DNA from: Caldisericota bacterium
Lineage (GTDB): Bacteria; Caldisericota; Caldisericia; Cryosericales; Cryosericaceae
Assembly: GCA_026390155.1 (NCBI GenBank)
Contig: JAPLGL010000092.1
Coordinates: 630 to 64,629 of the forward strand
Reading direction: 5' to 3'
Length of the DNA stretch: 64,000 nucleotides
The first letter of the stretch is position 1. Every line of letters starts with the position of its first letter. Of the stretch, positions 39,825-49,959 are shown one piece after another. The notes under the pieces were generated by a model. The model had not been told where the DNA came from. It saw only the letters and a list, made by a program, of their open reading frames with translations, and ran no database searches. The position numbers and the translations under genes were made by a program.

Positions 39825-40256
39825 CTAGTCGCTCTGCAGGTGGAGGATTTCGGTGCCCCTTTTCCATGTAATGGTGAGGAAAAAGCCCCAGTCGCGTTCA
39901 GGATCGGAGAGGCCTTCCGAAGCTCCTGTATACCCACTCACCCATGGATGCAATGGTCCGAGGATCCTGCTTGCCTGCTCCATCATGCCGTGCAGTCCGG
40001 TGAGCTGATACTGCGCTTCCATGACGTCGCCCGAGGTGCCGGTCCACCATACTTCAAGCTGGCTATGCGAGCTCATGTGAAAATCCTCGTCCAGTTTCTG
40101 CACCTGCACGACACGCTGTGCTTTCCAGTGTGCCGAGGAACCGGTGAACGTTGTGGTTTTCGCAGGGAGAAGCAAGAAAGAGAACAGGCATGCACCCACG
40201 AACATGATCCAAAAAGACGACCAAAAGACCAGTGCAGTTCGCCTATTCCTTTTCAC
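39825..40256 (-). CDS. Membrane-anchored hypothetical protein
   Basis: GGAGG before GTG; N-terminal TM. Confidence 0.55.
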   Translation of the reverse strand: MKRNRRTALVFWSSFWIMFVGACLFSFLLLPAKTTTFTGSSAHWKAQRVVQVQKLDEDFHMSSHSQLEVWWTGTSGDVMEAQYQLTGLHGMMEQASRILGPLHPWVSGYTGASEGLSDPERDWGFFLTITWKRGTEILHLQSD

Positions 40257-40418
40257 TGTATCCTCCAACACGTACGTTCGACGAGACTGGTGGATAGGAA
40301 CCCGGTCACCCAACCGTCAGCGCACCGTATCCGTACGGCATCGCAGCAGAGATCATACCCTCTACTATGAGTATAACGTGATGGTGACGTTTTGACTGAC
40401 GCCAGAGTGAGCCGCGTG

Positions 40419-41102
40419 TTACCAATTTCTGTTCTCCTTGATTCCCGAGGTGATGCGTGCCGCCGCAGTTTTCATCCACACCCACGCTTGCTGAGGCACG
40501 GCATACAGGATACCCAGAAGCATCACTAGCCAGAAGACTGGCATGGCAAGAACCCGTGGAGTGATGAGCATAAGCAGCACCAAGGCTGGCCAGGGCATTG
40601 CTGCAAGGTTCAGGAGATACCCTACCGGGACGACTCTTGCGAGCGGCATCCACGGGGAATAGACCATGCCCAGGAGGTAGTAGAATACCGCATTGAACTT
40701 GGAGATGGGCACCTGCGTCGGGGAGATCGAAGATGGAAACGAGGAGGAGATGCCCGTAGACGTGTTAGCAGCAACCTCAATGGCCCTCAGGAGACTCCCG
40801 TGAGTGGCAATGGTCGCACAGTGATAGAATCCTCCAACAAGGGCCGTGGCCACAAGGATGACCAGGACGAATGCCTTGAGAAACGGCCGTGAGGCGGGAT
40901 AGTGCCGCAAAGCGATCACCACAATGATTGCTGCGACAACGGGAGAACCAACGTACGCCAGGTAGGCTCCGCATTTCCACATTGTGTAGCTGGGCATGAT
41001 TCGCACCGCAACGCCGAACGCCATCAGAACAGCAAACCAACACAGCATAGCCATCGTGAGTTTGGTTCCGATGCCCATTTTGCTAAATTCCCTCATTCTC
41101 AT
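40419..41102 (-). CDS. Multi-TM hypothetical protein
   Basis: AGGAGG RBS; about 5 hydrophobic segments. Confidence 0.65.
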   Translation of the reverse strand: MRMREFSKMGIGTKLTMAMLCWFAVLMAFGVAVRIMPSYTMWKCGAYLAYVGSPVVAAIIVVIALRHYPASRPFLKAFVLVILVATALVGGFYHCATIATHGSLLRAIEVAANTSTGISSSFPSSISPTQVPISKFNAVFYYLLGMVYSPWMPLARVVPVGYLLNLAAMPWPALVLLMLITPRVLAMPVFWLVMLLGILYAVPQQAWVWMKTAAARITSGIKENRNW

Positions 41103-41243
41103 GCTATGCGCCCTCCTGCAGGTGCTGTCAATCAATGCACCGGAAAGGAACCCGGTTACCAAAGCTATCAGCGAGCCATGTCGGCGGCAGCGATCCGAAA
41201 TGCCCTTGCTGCCAAAGGAGAACAGAGTACTACCGCAATCTAT

Positions 41244-41669
41244 TCACTCATCGAGGACAGGACCCCACTCGGTGACAATCCAAGGCGCATCGGTGTTCTC
41301 TCGTGTGAGGACGATCTTCCATATATGCCTGCCGTCCTCGACCGTCATAAACGTGCCGGGCTTAGCTTTGACGTCGAAGGTCGCAATGAATGATTGTCTT
41401 GTATCGGTGTGAACCTTCCCCGGTGTGACGCTGACCAGGCTGACGGACTCCAGCTTGTCGAGTTCCCAGTCTACGTTTGGTTGATAGAGGTTGGTTACTC
41501 TTTGTAGTCCAGCAAGATTCCTCTCATTCCAGTACCGGAAATACTCACGGACTACCTGTTCTGCATGGGCCTGGTCTCCTGAGGGCTTGGTGTCTGCCGT
41601 ACCGCACCCAGCCAGCAGGAGCCCTGCTATGATGCATAGCGATATCAACAGACAGCACCTTTTGTTCAT
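41244..41669 (-). CDS. Lipoprotein, DUF4829/NTF2-like
   Basis: Lipobox LAGC; VVREYF..WN, F.V and W.VTEWG C-terminus. Confidence 0.7.
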   Translation of the reverse strand: MNKRCCLLISLCIIAGLLLAGCGTADTKPSGDQAHAEQVVREYFRYWNERNLAGLQRVTNLYQPNVDWELDKLESVSLVSVTPGKVHTDTRQSFIATFDVKAKPGTFMTVEDGRHIWKIVLTRENTDAPWIVTEWGPVLDE

Positions 41670-41828
41670 AGAACCTCCTCTGGTGAATGGCTTCGCCAGG
41701 AACCTGCACTCCACATGGTTCGCGGCGAAGCAATACACGTTCTACATGGAACCACTACACAGTATCATAGAACACAATCGTTGATTCCTGCCGCGCACCG
41801 ACAAATTCCGATGGGAAGTCTGTGAGGG

Positions 41829-42100
41829 TCAAGGTATCTTGTAAAGATTGATGTTGACGAAATCGCAGTACTCAGGATGGCCAATGATACTCGGCATGAA
41901 GTCAATCAGTCGAGTATCATATGTGGGGGCCGTATGGGAGCTGATGTAGATCTCGTCAAGTTCCGTAGTCCATGGGGTACCATGTTTGTCGACCACAGCA
42001 GACACAGGCATCGTGTGGTAGAACAATTGAGTTCTCACTACGAGGTCGCCCGGCGCAATTCCGCCAAGAGACCCATACCACCACCGACAAATGGCAACAC
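41829..42100 (-). pseudogene. C-terminal fragment of a putative amidase (Amidase_6-like) domain
   Basis: APGDLV..HTMPVSAV..IYISSHT; no RBS or signal peptide; abuts the end of 42114..43544. Confidence 0.45.
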
Positions 42101-42113
42101 TTGACTCCGTGGA

Positions 42114-43544
42114 CTACCGCCAGAGTTCAATGATTGGACACAGATCGGAGGAGTTTGCAGTCACAACAACGAGACCAATGTCTACAGGCACAATGCAGCA
42201 GAGCTGCTTCCTTTCCTCCCAAAGGTCCTCTCTTGTCAGCAGCGTCTTCTGCCAGAGCTTGGCGCCGGTTTCTGGATCGATAGCAGTCAGAGTGCGGTCT
42301 CCCTCCCGCACGTACAGAATGTCGCGGGTCGCCATCGGGATGAGGCGATCGTACCAGTAAACAGGTGGCCCCTCCATGCTAGTAGTGGGGGCAGGAGCCT
42401 CCTCAACCGTCAGGGACCACTTTTGTGTCCCCGTATGTTCGTCAATGGCTATCAGGGTGCCATCATTAACGGTCAGAAAGGCAGTGCCTGATCGCATGGC
42501 AATCTCCGGATCCTGCTCACTGCTGCTGGAGGAGGAAATCTCACCTGTCTTGCTCCACAGCATGCGTCCATCCGTTGTGTCAAACGCTGCTGCTACGTGA
42601 CGCGCAGGTGCAGGAATTGTCGATGTACCGTCTGCCCTATAGGGACTATCTTCTGCCCTAAAGACCGCTATCAGTGTTTCTCCGTCCACGGCAAGAGCGA
42701 CAGACATGTTGATGAAATCGTTGGAAGCAGTCGGGTAGCTGATCAACCAAGACGTTCGGGCGGTAACAGGATCATACCGGAAGATCATCGAACGGCAATG
42801 ACCCCACGCTACTTGATAGTAGGCATTGCCATAGAGGTACGTTCCATCGGAGACAAGGTTGGTCTGATATGGATATGTCCCGCTTGGCAACGTGATACGT
42901 CCTGTCAACTTGCCAGTCAAGGCATCCCAGATGCCGATGCTTGGATGAACATCGAAGCCATAATCCGCACCAGAGGGCAGGATCGGGAAGCAGGCTGAGC
43001 AGTAGAGCTTCCCATTCAGCAGAAGAGGACTCCCGCTCGGCCTTTCTCCCGTCCCGATCTCATCGCTTTGCCACAGGACTTCGCCCGTCGTGGCATCCAG
43101 GCAGACTAGCCGTTGGTACAGCATGCCGACACCAGACAGTTCAGTCTTCTTCTGTTCGCCCAGAATACCATACAACTTACCCTGCCAGAGAATCGGCGGG
43201 CCCTGCAGATAGATATGACGCTCCTTGGTCCAGTTGACATTCAGGAGCTCCTTGCCAGTCTTTACATCCAGTTCTAGAAGTCCCTGCCCTCCTTGGTAGA
43301 GTTTGCCATCCACTACAGAACCCAGACATGGAACGATCTCGTTTACATAGGACTGGTTCCAGGAATATGCCCATCCGGTTTTCATGGGCGTCTGTCGCAC
43401 TCCCTGGACATCCCAGTACATGCTGCCGGTGTTATGCGGAGACTCATCACTGGCTGCGGGGTTTCCCCCGCAGCCAGTGAGCAGCACGACAGCACAGAAG
43501 GCAACAAGAAGACAACTTGCTGTGGTGCGGCGCACGGAGCTCAC
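42114..43544 (-). CDS. Lipoprotein with PQQ-like beta-propeller repeats
   Basis: Lipobox LTGC; repeated A.D..TG...W motifs. Confidence 0.8.
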   Translation of the reverse strand: MSSVRRTTASCLLVAFCAVVLLTGCGGNPAASDESPHNTGSMYWDVQGVRQTPMKTGWAYSWNQSYVNEIVPCLGSVVDGKLYQGGQGLLELDVKTGKELLNVNWTKERHIYLQGPPILWQGKLYGILGEQKKTELSGVGMLYQRLVCLDATTGEVLWQSDEIGTGERPSGSPLLLNGKLYCSACFPILPSGADYGFDVHPSIGIWDALTGKLTGRITLPSGTYPYQTNLVSDGTYLYGNAYYQVAWGHCRSMIFRYDPVTARTSWLISYPTASNDFINMSVALAVDGETLIAVFRAEDSPYRADGTSTIPAPARHVAAAFDTTDGRMLWSKTGEISSSSSSEQDPEIAMRSGTAFLTVNDGTLIAIDEHTGTQKWSLTVEEAPAPTTSMEGPPVYWYDRLIPMATRDILYVREGDRTLTAIDPETGAKLWQKTLLTREDLWEERKQLCCIVPVDIGLVVVTANSSDLCPIIELWR

Positions 43545-44614
43545 TACTTCCGCCAGCAGGCAATACGCATCAGGTATTGGTCATTTTCTGGGGAATACCC
43601 GCTTGCCGCAATCGTGCATTTCAAGCTACCATCGCTGCACTCGGTACGAGTGGGCTGAACAATGCTGTTGTTGCTGCCCGATGTTGACCCATCCGACTTG
43701 TACCACGCGCAGTAGTGCTCCGGTATGCCTGTCTTGTTCATTAGCATGATGGGCAATGATGGCCTGGCAAGGCTGCTAAAGGTGCCGGCAACCATGTCCC
43801 GGGCCGTTACATAGATGTCCGCATAGCTCCCTGTCCAATGATACTTTGACTGCCACAGACCATAAATGCCAGGGAGGTTGGCCATTGCCTCGAAGTACAT
43901 ACTGCCAGTTGCATCCAAGCCCCCATTCTGTATGAGCCAATAGTTCATGTTCTTGGGAGTGGCGATGCTAGTTGTACCTGTAAGGCGATGGTTCGTGTAA
44001 TCGTAATCGGCAAGTGATACGAGGTATGTACCTGCTTCCATCGCAGTCGAGGCAATAAAGCAACCTTTGCGCCACATGGTGTTGCCGCTGCTCGGAAGGG
44101 AGGGGTCTTGGGTTGATGGGATACTGCTCGTTGTACCTATTAGTATTCTGCTCCACTGAGTGTCGTGCTGCGAGTAACAGGCAGGAGAGATCTCGGCAAG
44201 AGTTCCTGTCAGCGTGAAACGTGCCGGGATATTCCGAGAGATTTCTGTACTGATGGGCAAATGAAGCTGCGACTGAAGCGCGGACTGAAGCGATACAAGC
44301 TCTCCACCTTGGTCCTTGACAGCATCGCCGCCATTACACAGCTTGACCATTTCGAGATCGATACCGTCTCCTGTATGGAACACCTTCACCCCATTAACAA
44401 CACGAACCCCCACGCCTGCTAATGCAGCCTGAGCCGCCAGAGCGTCCACCGTGGAATCCGCCACGGGGGTCGTTGAATCTGCCGATGGATCAGTTGCAGC
44501 GCCCGTTGCAGACGGAGCCTCTGCGTGAGCAAGGGAACCAATGCTAACAAAAGAGAACGCGAGAACAACAAGCGTAACGACGAGAAGACGATACGTGTGT
44601 TTCTGATGCTTCAT
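43544..44614 (-). CDS. Secreted protein with a C39-like cysteine peptidase domain
   Basis: Signal peptide; YSQHDTQW, KGCFIASTAM, TP..MN.WL and HY. Confidence 0.6.
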   Translation of the reverse strand: MKHQKHTYRLLVVTLVVLAFSFVSIGSLAHAEAPSATGAATDPSADSTTPVADSTVDALAAQAALAGVGVRVVNGVKVFHTGDGIDLEMVKLCNGGDAVKDQGGELVSLQSALQSQLHLPISTEISRNIPARFTLTGTLAEISPACYSQHDTQWSRILIGTTSSIPSTQDPSLPSSGNTMWRKGCFIASTAMEAGTYLVSLADYDYTNHRLTGTTSIATPKNMNYWLIQNGGLDATGSMYFEAMANLPGIYGLWQSKYHWTGSYADIYVTARDMVAGTFSSLARPSLPIMLMNKTGIPEHYCAWYKSDGSTSGSNNSIVQPTRTECSDGSLKCTIAASGYSPENDQYLMRIACWRK

Positions 44615-44972
44615 GAACCCTCCTGTTTATCGTTAGTCACTTTCATTCTGGTTCACCATGTATTCTATCTGCGACCATATGCTCTAGTCTGACTATACGC
44701 CCTACACGACCCCGGTTCTTCGTAGAGGTCGGTACGTTCCCTCATCTTGTCCCTCCAGACATCAACGCAGGGGTAAACAATCTTCTAAAAAGGATTCTTT
44801 GTCGGCTGCCGCACTTTGCTGGTGCTGCTACATTCGCCAGTCATCACATGCACGGCAGAATCTCTCTCTTCCAACCATTGTCCCTCTCGCCCATGTGGTT
44901 TGCCACCTCACTCGCTGGCAGTGTGGTTCGCTCCGCACTCACGTCTAGTGCCTCCTTTCACCAGTAGTTGAC

Positions 44973-45005
44973 ATTGTGGCGACTGAGAGTAACGAAATGG
45001 TAACG
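44973..45005 (-). promoter_or_regulatory. Cassette promoter copy 1
   Basis: Minus strand cGTTACcatttcGTTACtctcagtcgcCACAAT. Confidence 0.75.
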
Positions 45006-45164
45006 ATTCCTGGTTCGCACTGTTCATTCCCAGTTTTCTCTTCTCATAAGGAAAACGCAAAGGGAGGGGGATCTGCTGCCGGCACTCGTCCCTTTAGAGG
45101 ACTCTCTGGTCCGCCTGATCGTGGACAGGCTCGTTCAATCAAGCGGACCACTCATGAAACGGGC

Positions 45165-45572
45165 CTATTGTTTTGTCACAAAACGGTACTTCTGAACGCA
45201 CCAGATACCGGTTGAGTCTTTGCGAACGGGCTGCACCAGCACAAGCTGAACTGTACGCCCGTCCTGAAGACTTACGGTGACATCGCACTGCCCATTCGGC
45301 TGCTTCTTGTCCTGCACGTCGGCCACCTTGTTCCCTGAAAGAGCAAGGTCCTGCTCCAAGAAGTCGGAGGTCACCTGGACTGGATCACTCAGCCCAACAC
45401 GGTGGCCGCCGTCAAATTCTGTTTGAAGAGCAGACATCTTTGCTGAATCAATGGACACTTGTACCCAAGCTGGACTTGCGGCATCGAACGCATTTGTCCC
45501 ACACCCTGTGCACATGACAGCTGCTGCAAGAACAACAAGGAGAAGAATCCAGTTCGCCTTATGGCAAGGCAC
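45165..45572 (-). CDS. Lipoprotein, hypothetical
   Basis: Lipobox CTGC; overlaps the upstream stop. Confidence 0.7.
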   Translation of the reverse strand: MPCHKANWILLLVVLAAAVMCTGCGTNAFDAASPAWVQVSIDSAKMSALQTEFDGGHRVGLSDPVQVTSDFLEQDLALSGNKVADVQDKKQPNGQCDVTVSLQDGRTVQLVLVQPVRKDSTGIWCVQKYRFVTKQ

Positions 45573-46527
45573 TGTACCTCACCCATACCCAGGCATTTTG
45601 TTGAGAACCAAGTCCCAGTTGTGAGGCAACAGAAGGCGTCAGATCGATGCCTGCTGGATTCAGCACCGTCCTGCTGCCACCCTGGTCTTTCCCCCCGTTG
45701 TACCCATTCTGATACGCAGCTTGAGCTTCCGGCATCCCCAGGGCCAGATTAGTGAAGAGTCTCCGTGATGGTGAACCGGATGCTGCATCCCAGTAGTTGT
45801 CGTCCTCATTCCATGGACCAACGTCCCACACGGAAACGCCTAACACAGTCTGATTCGTTGTTGCGTAGTAGACATTGACTGTGTAGGGAGGATTGGCGTA
45901 GTATGGCCTGAGTGAAGGTGGAATATTGCTTGTCCATCCTCGATTTGCAAACTTCACGTACTTGTCCGGGAGAGTGACCTCGAAATTGGTATTCCCGTTG
46001 TACTGAGTCGCGTAGACCAGCTCTCTATCTATCGCTGCATCTGTCTTGTTAGCCGCATCTTCCTGTTCCTTGATCCAGTTCTGACGGTAGATGGTTTCTT
46101 CCTGCCACCAGGTCCGGATCCATCTTCGGAACGCAGGATACTCGGTGCCAAGTGTTTCTTTTGTTTCCTCATCAATAGTGGCAAAGACAGCAGCCCCACG
46201 TGCATTCGCTGCCTCAGCTGTTGCTGCAGTCTCTCCTGTATCCGGGACGAGTTCTATTCCCATGAGACGTTGACCTTCTTCCATGCCATACCGCTTGAGT
46301 AGTGCCATAGCTGCATCTCTGAGGCCAAGGTCTTTCTGCAATTTGACAATGTCTGCGCTCAGTTTCGCATCGCCTGCCGTCCAGAACAGATAGTTGAGAA
46401 CCTCCCTGTTCCCCCATGGGTCGATTACGGCACCCGTGCTGGTTGCACGCTGTCCACTGAACAGGAGAAGCGAGGTAAGCATGACAACAATGATCGAGCC
46501 AACCACGAACTTTGTACTTCTTCTCAC
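45559..46527 (-). CDS. Secreted protein with a C-terminal RlpA-like double-psi beta-barrel
   Basis: Signal peptide; VWDVGPWN...IDLT..VA..LG; GGAGG before GTG. Confidence 0.65.
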   Translation of the reverse strand: MRRSTKFVVGSIIVVMLTSLLLFSGQRATSTGAVIDPWGNREVLNYLFWTAGDAKLSADIVKLQKDLGLRDAAMALLKRYGMEEGQRLMGIELVPDTGETAATAEAANARGAAVFATIDEETKETLGTEYPAFRRWIRTWWQEETIYRQNWIKEQEDAANKTDAAIDRELVYATQYNGNTNFEVTLPDKYVKFANRGWTSNIPPSLRPYYANPPYTVNVYYATTNQTVLGVSVWDVGPWNEDDNYWDAASGSPSRRLFTNLALGMPEAQAAYQNGYNGGKDQGGSRTVLNPAGIDLTPSVASQLGLGSQQNAWVWVRYSALP

Positions 46528-46654
46528 TGTGTACCTCCCTGAACGATTCCTTCTCTGCATTGGCAACTGACGAATTCCCGACAGTGGGATTCGCGTTCTT
46601 TGCTCTTACGTTCTATCTACCTGTGACCAGCGCCTCCTTCCGTTGGCAGATCAC

Positions 46655-46687
46655 ATTGTAGCGACCGAGAGTAACGAAATGGTAACG
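46655..46687 (-). promoter_or_regulatory. Cassette promoter copy 2
   Basis: cGTTACcatttcGTTACtctcggtcgcTACAAT. Confidence 0.78.
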
Positions 46688-46847
46688 ACTCCTGGTTTCA
46701 TGCCAGATCCTTCCCAACTTCATCCTCTTGCAGAGAAGACGAAAAAGGGGGGGATTTGCTGATGATGTCGTCTCTCATCCATACAACGCAGATCTCGCCA
46801 AATGTCTGAGAAGAGTCCAAAGAACCACTCGCTTCTCGACATAAGAA

Positions 46848-46873
46848 TGGATTCCTGTCTTCGCGGGAATGAC
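46848..46873. repeat. GTCAT-type REP-like palindrome
   Basis: tggattcctgtcttcgcgggaatgac. Confidence 0.65.
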
Positions 46874-47025
46874 GGACGGGAAGCGGAAAGGCAGGCAACC
46901 GCATATCGACACACCTTCCACCTCGGTCCGCCAGGCGCCTGCCCATCGTGGCACGACTCATCTGCGGGAACCGGCCCACCCATCGAGTTCCGGGCTAACG
47001 GGTTAGACCGCGCCCGGATGCTGTA

Positions 47026-48498
47026 TCAGCGAGGGAGCACCAACGTCACCGTCGTTCCTGATCCTAATGTGCTGACAGCGCTGACGGACCCCCGCATGCA
47101 TAAGGTAGCTTGTTTTACGATAGCAAGGCCCAGTCCTACGCCACCGTGGGTACGGCTGTGGCCGGGATCGACGCGATAGAATCGTTCAAAGATGTGCGGC
47201 ATGGCCTTTGCAGGGATACCTTCCCCATGATCGGTAACGCTTATCCGGATCCTGCGCCGTGAAACCGTACCAGCGCTCATCTCGATTGCAGCGTCGGCCG
47301 GCGACCACTGCGCTGCATTCTGCACAAGATTCTTGAGGACTACGACAACCAGATCGCGATTGGCAGACATCAGGACATCTGGTCCAGCGACCTCTAGCCG
47401 CAGATTCTTCCCCTCCAGGAGGGATGCCAGGCTTTGCTGGACATCTGCACAGAGCATTCCGAAGGGAACGGGCGTTCCAGGGCGCGCAGCTGCATGTGAC
47501 AGACGGGCCAGCAGGAGGAGGGACTCCACAGTGCTTGAGGCGGAATGCACCTGGCGCACAATAGCTTCTATATAACTGTGCACCTGATCGGGCGTAGACT
47601 GTGGGCGCAATGCCATTTCAGCGTCAAGCTGAATAGCAGCAAGCGGTGTCCTCAGTTCATGGCCGGCATCGCCGGTAAACCGCCCCAGGCGTTCCAGAGC
47701 CACTGCAGCTGGATGGGCGGCGACCCTGCTAAAGGACAGCGTTGCAATGGCTGCCAGCATCACTCCAAATGCGACCAGCAGCCATGATGTGTGGTGAGAT
47801 GAATCGATCTCCGGCAGGCTATCGTCTGTGGGCATGCCAAGCAGGATGCGCACAGACTGACCACCAATGCCAACTATCCTGGCGCAGATCATGAATGACT
47901 GGGCCGGTACGTTGCCCTTCGCGGGGATATGGACAGTGCTCACTGTCTGACTCTGGAAACTACTAATGTCGTCGGGCGGGGTTCCCCAGACTGAACGAAC
48001 TCCCTGGGTTCCCTCTGCGACGACAAAACCACCAGTCTTGGCGCAATTGGTCAACCGCGCTGCACGATCAACAAGGCGCGACATTTCTTGCGACGACGTG
48101 ACCGGCTCCTGTGTTGTGGGGATAAGCGCCTGCATCATGTCGCCATCGTTGAGCAGCATGTCCTGCGTGAGATTGTGCGCCACATTCAGCTGACCAGAAA
48201 TGCCCGCTTGCACAGCAGACACCAGGAGAAATACGACTAGTAGCGCCACGAGAATCGTATATAAGCCATAGGTACGACGCAGTGGCGCAAGTGCGTCTGG
48301 TTCGACATGGTCATCGAAACTCAACGGCCAGGAAAGGAGGGCCGCGACAACAATGACCGCCGGCGTCATCACCAGGAATGCCCTCCAACCGTCTGCACCA
48401 CGAGGAGACGTCAGCAGAACGAAGGCTAGTTCCGCGCCCAGCAATGGTACTGCCACTGTCACGAAACGTACAACCACAGAACGAATTCTGCTCGTCAT
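47026..48498 (-). CDS. Sensor histidine kinase
   Basis: HELRTPL H-box; N, G1, F and G2 boxes; N-terminal TMs. Confidence 0.9.
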   Translation of the reverse strand: MTSRIRSVVVRFVTVAVPLLGAELAFVLLTSPRGADGWRAFLVMTPAVIVVAALLSWPLSFDDHVEPDALAPLRRTYGLYTILVALLVVFLLVSAVQAGISGQLNVAHNLTQDMLLNDGDMMQALIPTTQEPVTSSQEMSRLVDRAARLTNCAKTGGFVVAEGTQGVRSVWGTPPDDISSFQSQTVSTVHIPAKGNVPAQSFMICARIVGIGGQSVRILLGMPTDDSLPEIDSSHHTSWLLVAFGVMLAAIATLSFSRVAAHPAAVALERLGRFTGDAGHELRTPLAAIQLDAEMALRPQSTPDQVHSYIEAIVRQVHSASSTVESLLLLARLSHAAARPGTPVPFGMLCADVQQSLASLLEGKNLRLEVAGPDVLMSANRDLVVVVLKNLVQNAAQWSPADAAIEMSAGTVSRRRIRISVTDHGEGIPAKAMPHIFERFYRVDPGHSRTHGGVGLGLAIVKQATLCMRGSVSAVSTLGSGTTVTLVLPR

Positions 48499-49181
48499 AC
48501 GTTGTTGCTCCCTACCCCAATACCGTAGCCGATGCCTCGCACCATGCGGATGAAACCTGGTGCACCCGCTGCGTCCAGTTTCTTGCGCAGCCGCCAAACA
48601 TGGACCTTGAGCGTGTCGGTCCACAGGGAAGCATGATCGTCCCAGACGTGATCTTCCAGCTCGCCGCGTGGAATGAGACGACCAGCATTACGCAGCAGGT
48701 ACTCAAGAAGCCGCTCTTCGTGAATGGTCAGGAGCACGGGTTTGCCCCTGACCGTACACATACGCGTCACCGGGTCAAACGAAACTGTCCCTGCCGACAA
48801 GACAACCTGTTGCGCGGCTGGCTCCCTGCGGAGCAACGCACGCACACGCGCCAGCAGTTCATCAATGGCAAACGGCTTGACCAAGTAGTCATCAGCACCC
48901 TGGTCCAACCCTGCAATACGTTCCCCGACAGTGTCCCGGGCCGTGATGATCAAAACGGGCATCCGGTTCCCTTCGGATCGGAGTCGTCTCAGGACCTGGA
49001 GCCCATCCATCCCGGGGAGCATCAGATCAAGGAGAAGAAGATCATATGCCTGCTCGACATAGATCTTCGTGAGCGCGCTGGTTCCATTGTCTGCGGTGTC
49101 GACGGCATAGTGCTCCTGCCGCAGCGCATCTGAGACTGCCTTGCAGATATCCGGTTCGTCTTCAACTACCAGGATTCTCAT
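48495..49181 (-). CDS. OmpR/PhoB-family response regulator
   Basis: ED, DLMLP, KPF and winged helix (VHVWRLRKKL, RGIGY). Confidence 0.92.
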   Translation of the reverse strand: MRILVVEDEPDICKAVSDALRQEHYAVDTADNGTSALTKIYVEQAYDLLLLDLMLPGMDGLQVLRRLRSEGNRMPVLIITARDTVGERIAGLDQGADDYLVKPFAIDELLARVRALLRREPAAQQVVLSAGTVSFDPVTRMCTVRGKPVLLTIHEERLLEYLLRNAGRLIPRGELEDHVWDDHASLWTDTLKVHVWRLRKKLDAAGAPGFIRMVRGIGYGIGVGSNNV

Positions 49182-49278
49182 TTGCCCATTCTCCCTCGCT
49201 ACTACGTCTGTGTCCAGCGACTTATGGCTCTATCTGACCCAGACAATATTGGCATCCTGCGCTTCGTGCCCCACCAAA

Positions 49279-49959
49279 TCATTGCATCTGCGGAGGTTCC
49301 TTTCCCAGATGGCCGTTTTCCACCCAGAACACGATATCACAAATGTATCTCAATTCCTCCATGTTGGGACTTGTCATGAGGATCGTGATGCCCTTCTTCT
49401 TTAAGTCTCTGAGCACATTATGGACGATGGTGATCCCCTCGCGGTCCAGGTTGCTGGTCGGTTCGTCAAGGAGCAATAACTCTGGATGCTCCATGAGGGC
49501 CTGAGCAATGCCCAGACGCTGGATCATACCGGTTGAATAGGCTCTGACGGGTCGTTTGTCATCAGGGTCCAGCCCCACCAGCGTGATGACCTCCCGGATC
49601 TCTTTTTCCCCGATCTCATTGCGTATAGAAGCCAGAAGCTCCAGGTTCTTCCTCCCGCTCATAGATGTCAAGAATCCTGGTTTTTCAATCAAGACCCCTG
49701 TCTTGTCGGGGAACTCTGCTTCTTTGCCGATCTCCTTTCCAAACACAACGACCCTGCCCTCTGTAGGATAGATGAATCCGCCGATGACCTTCAAAAGCGT
49801 GCTCTTGCCAGAGCCATTGAGCCCACTGAGCCCAACGATCTCTGCAGGAGGGATCTCAAAAGAAACATCTTCAAGGATGGTCCGCCCCCGTATGACTTTA
49901 GAGACACCCTCCAACATAACGACCGGCTTAACGGCGACTGTAGTAGTGACTTCTTCCAT
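49279..49959 (-). CDS. ABC transporter ATP-binding protein
   Basis: GLNGSGKS, YSTGM and LLDEP. Confidence 0.9.
   Translation of the reverse strand: MEEVTTTVAVKPVVMLEGVSKVIRGRTILEDVSFEIPPAEIVGLSGLNGSGKSTLLKVIGGFIYPTEGRVVVFGKEIGKEAEFPDKTGVLIEKPGFLTSMSGRKNLELLASIRNEIGEKEIREVITLVGLDPDDKRPVRAYSTGMIQRLGIAQALMEHPELLLLDEPTSNLDREGITIVHNVLRDLKKKGITILMTSPNMEELRYICDIVFWVENGHLGKEPPQMQ

Noticed and set aside
41125-41162. Another cassette promoter copy before 40419..41102
   Set aside because: GTAAC-N3-GTTCC has the wrong spacing and the -10 is weak.
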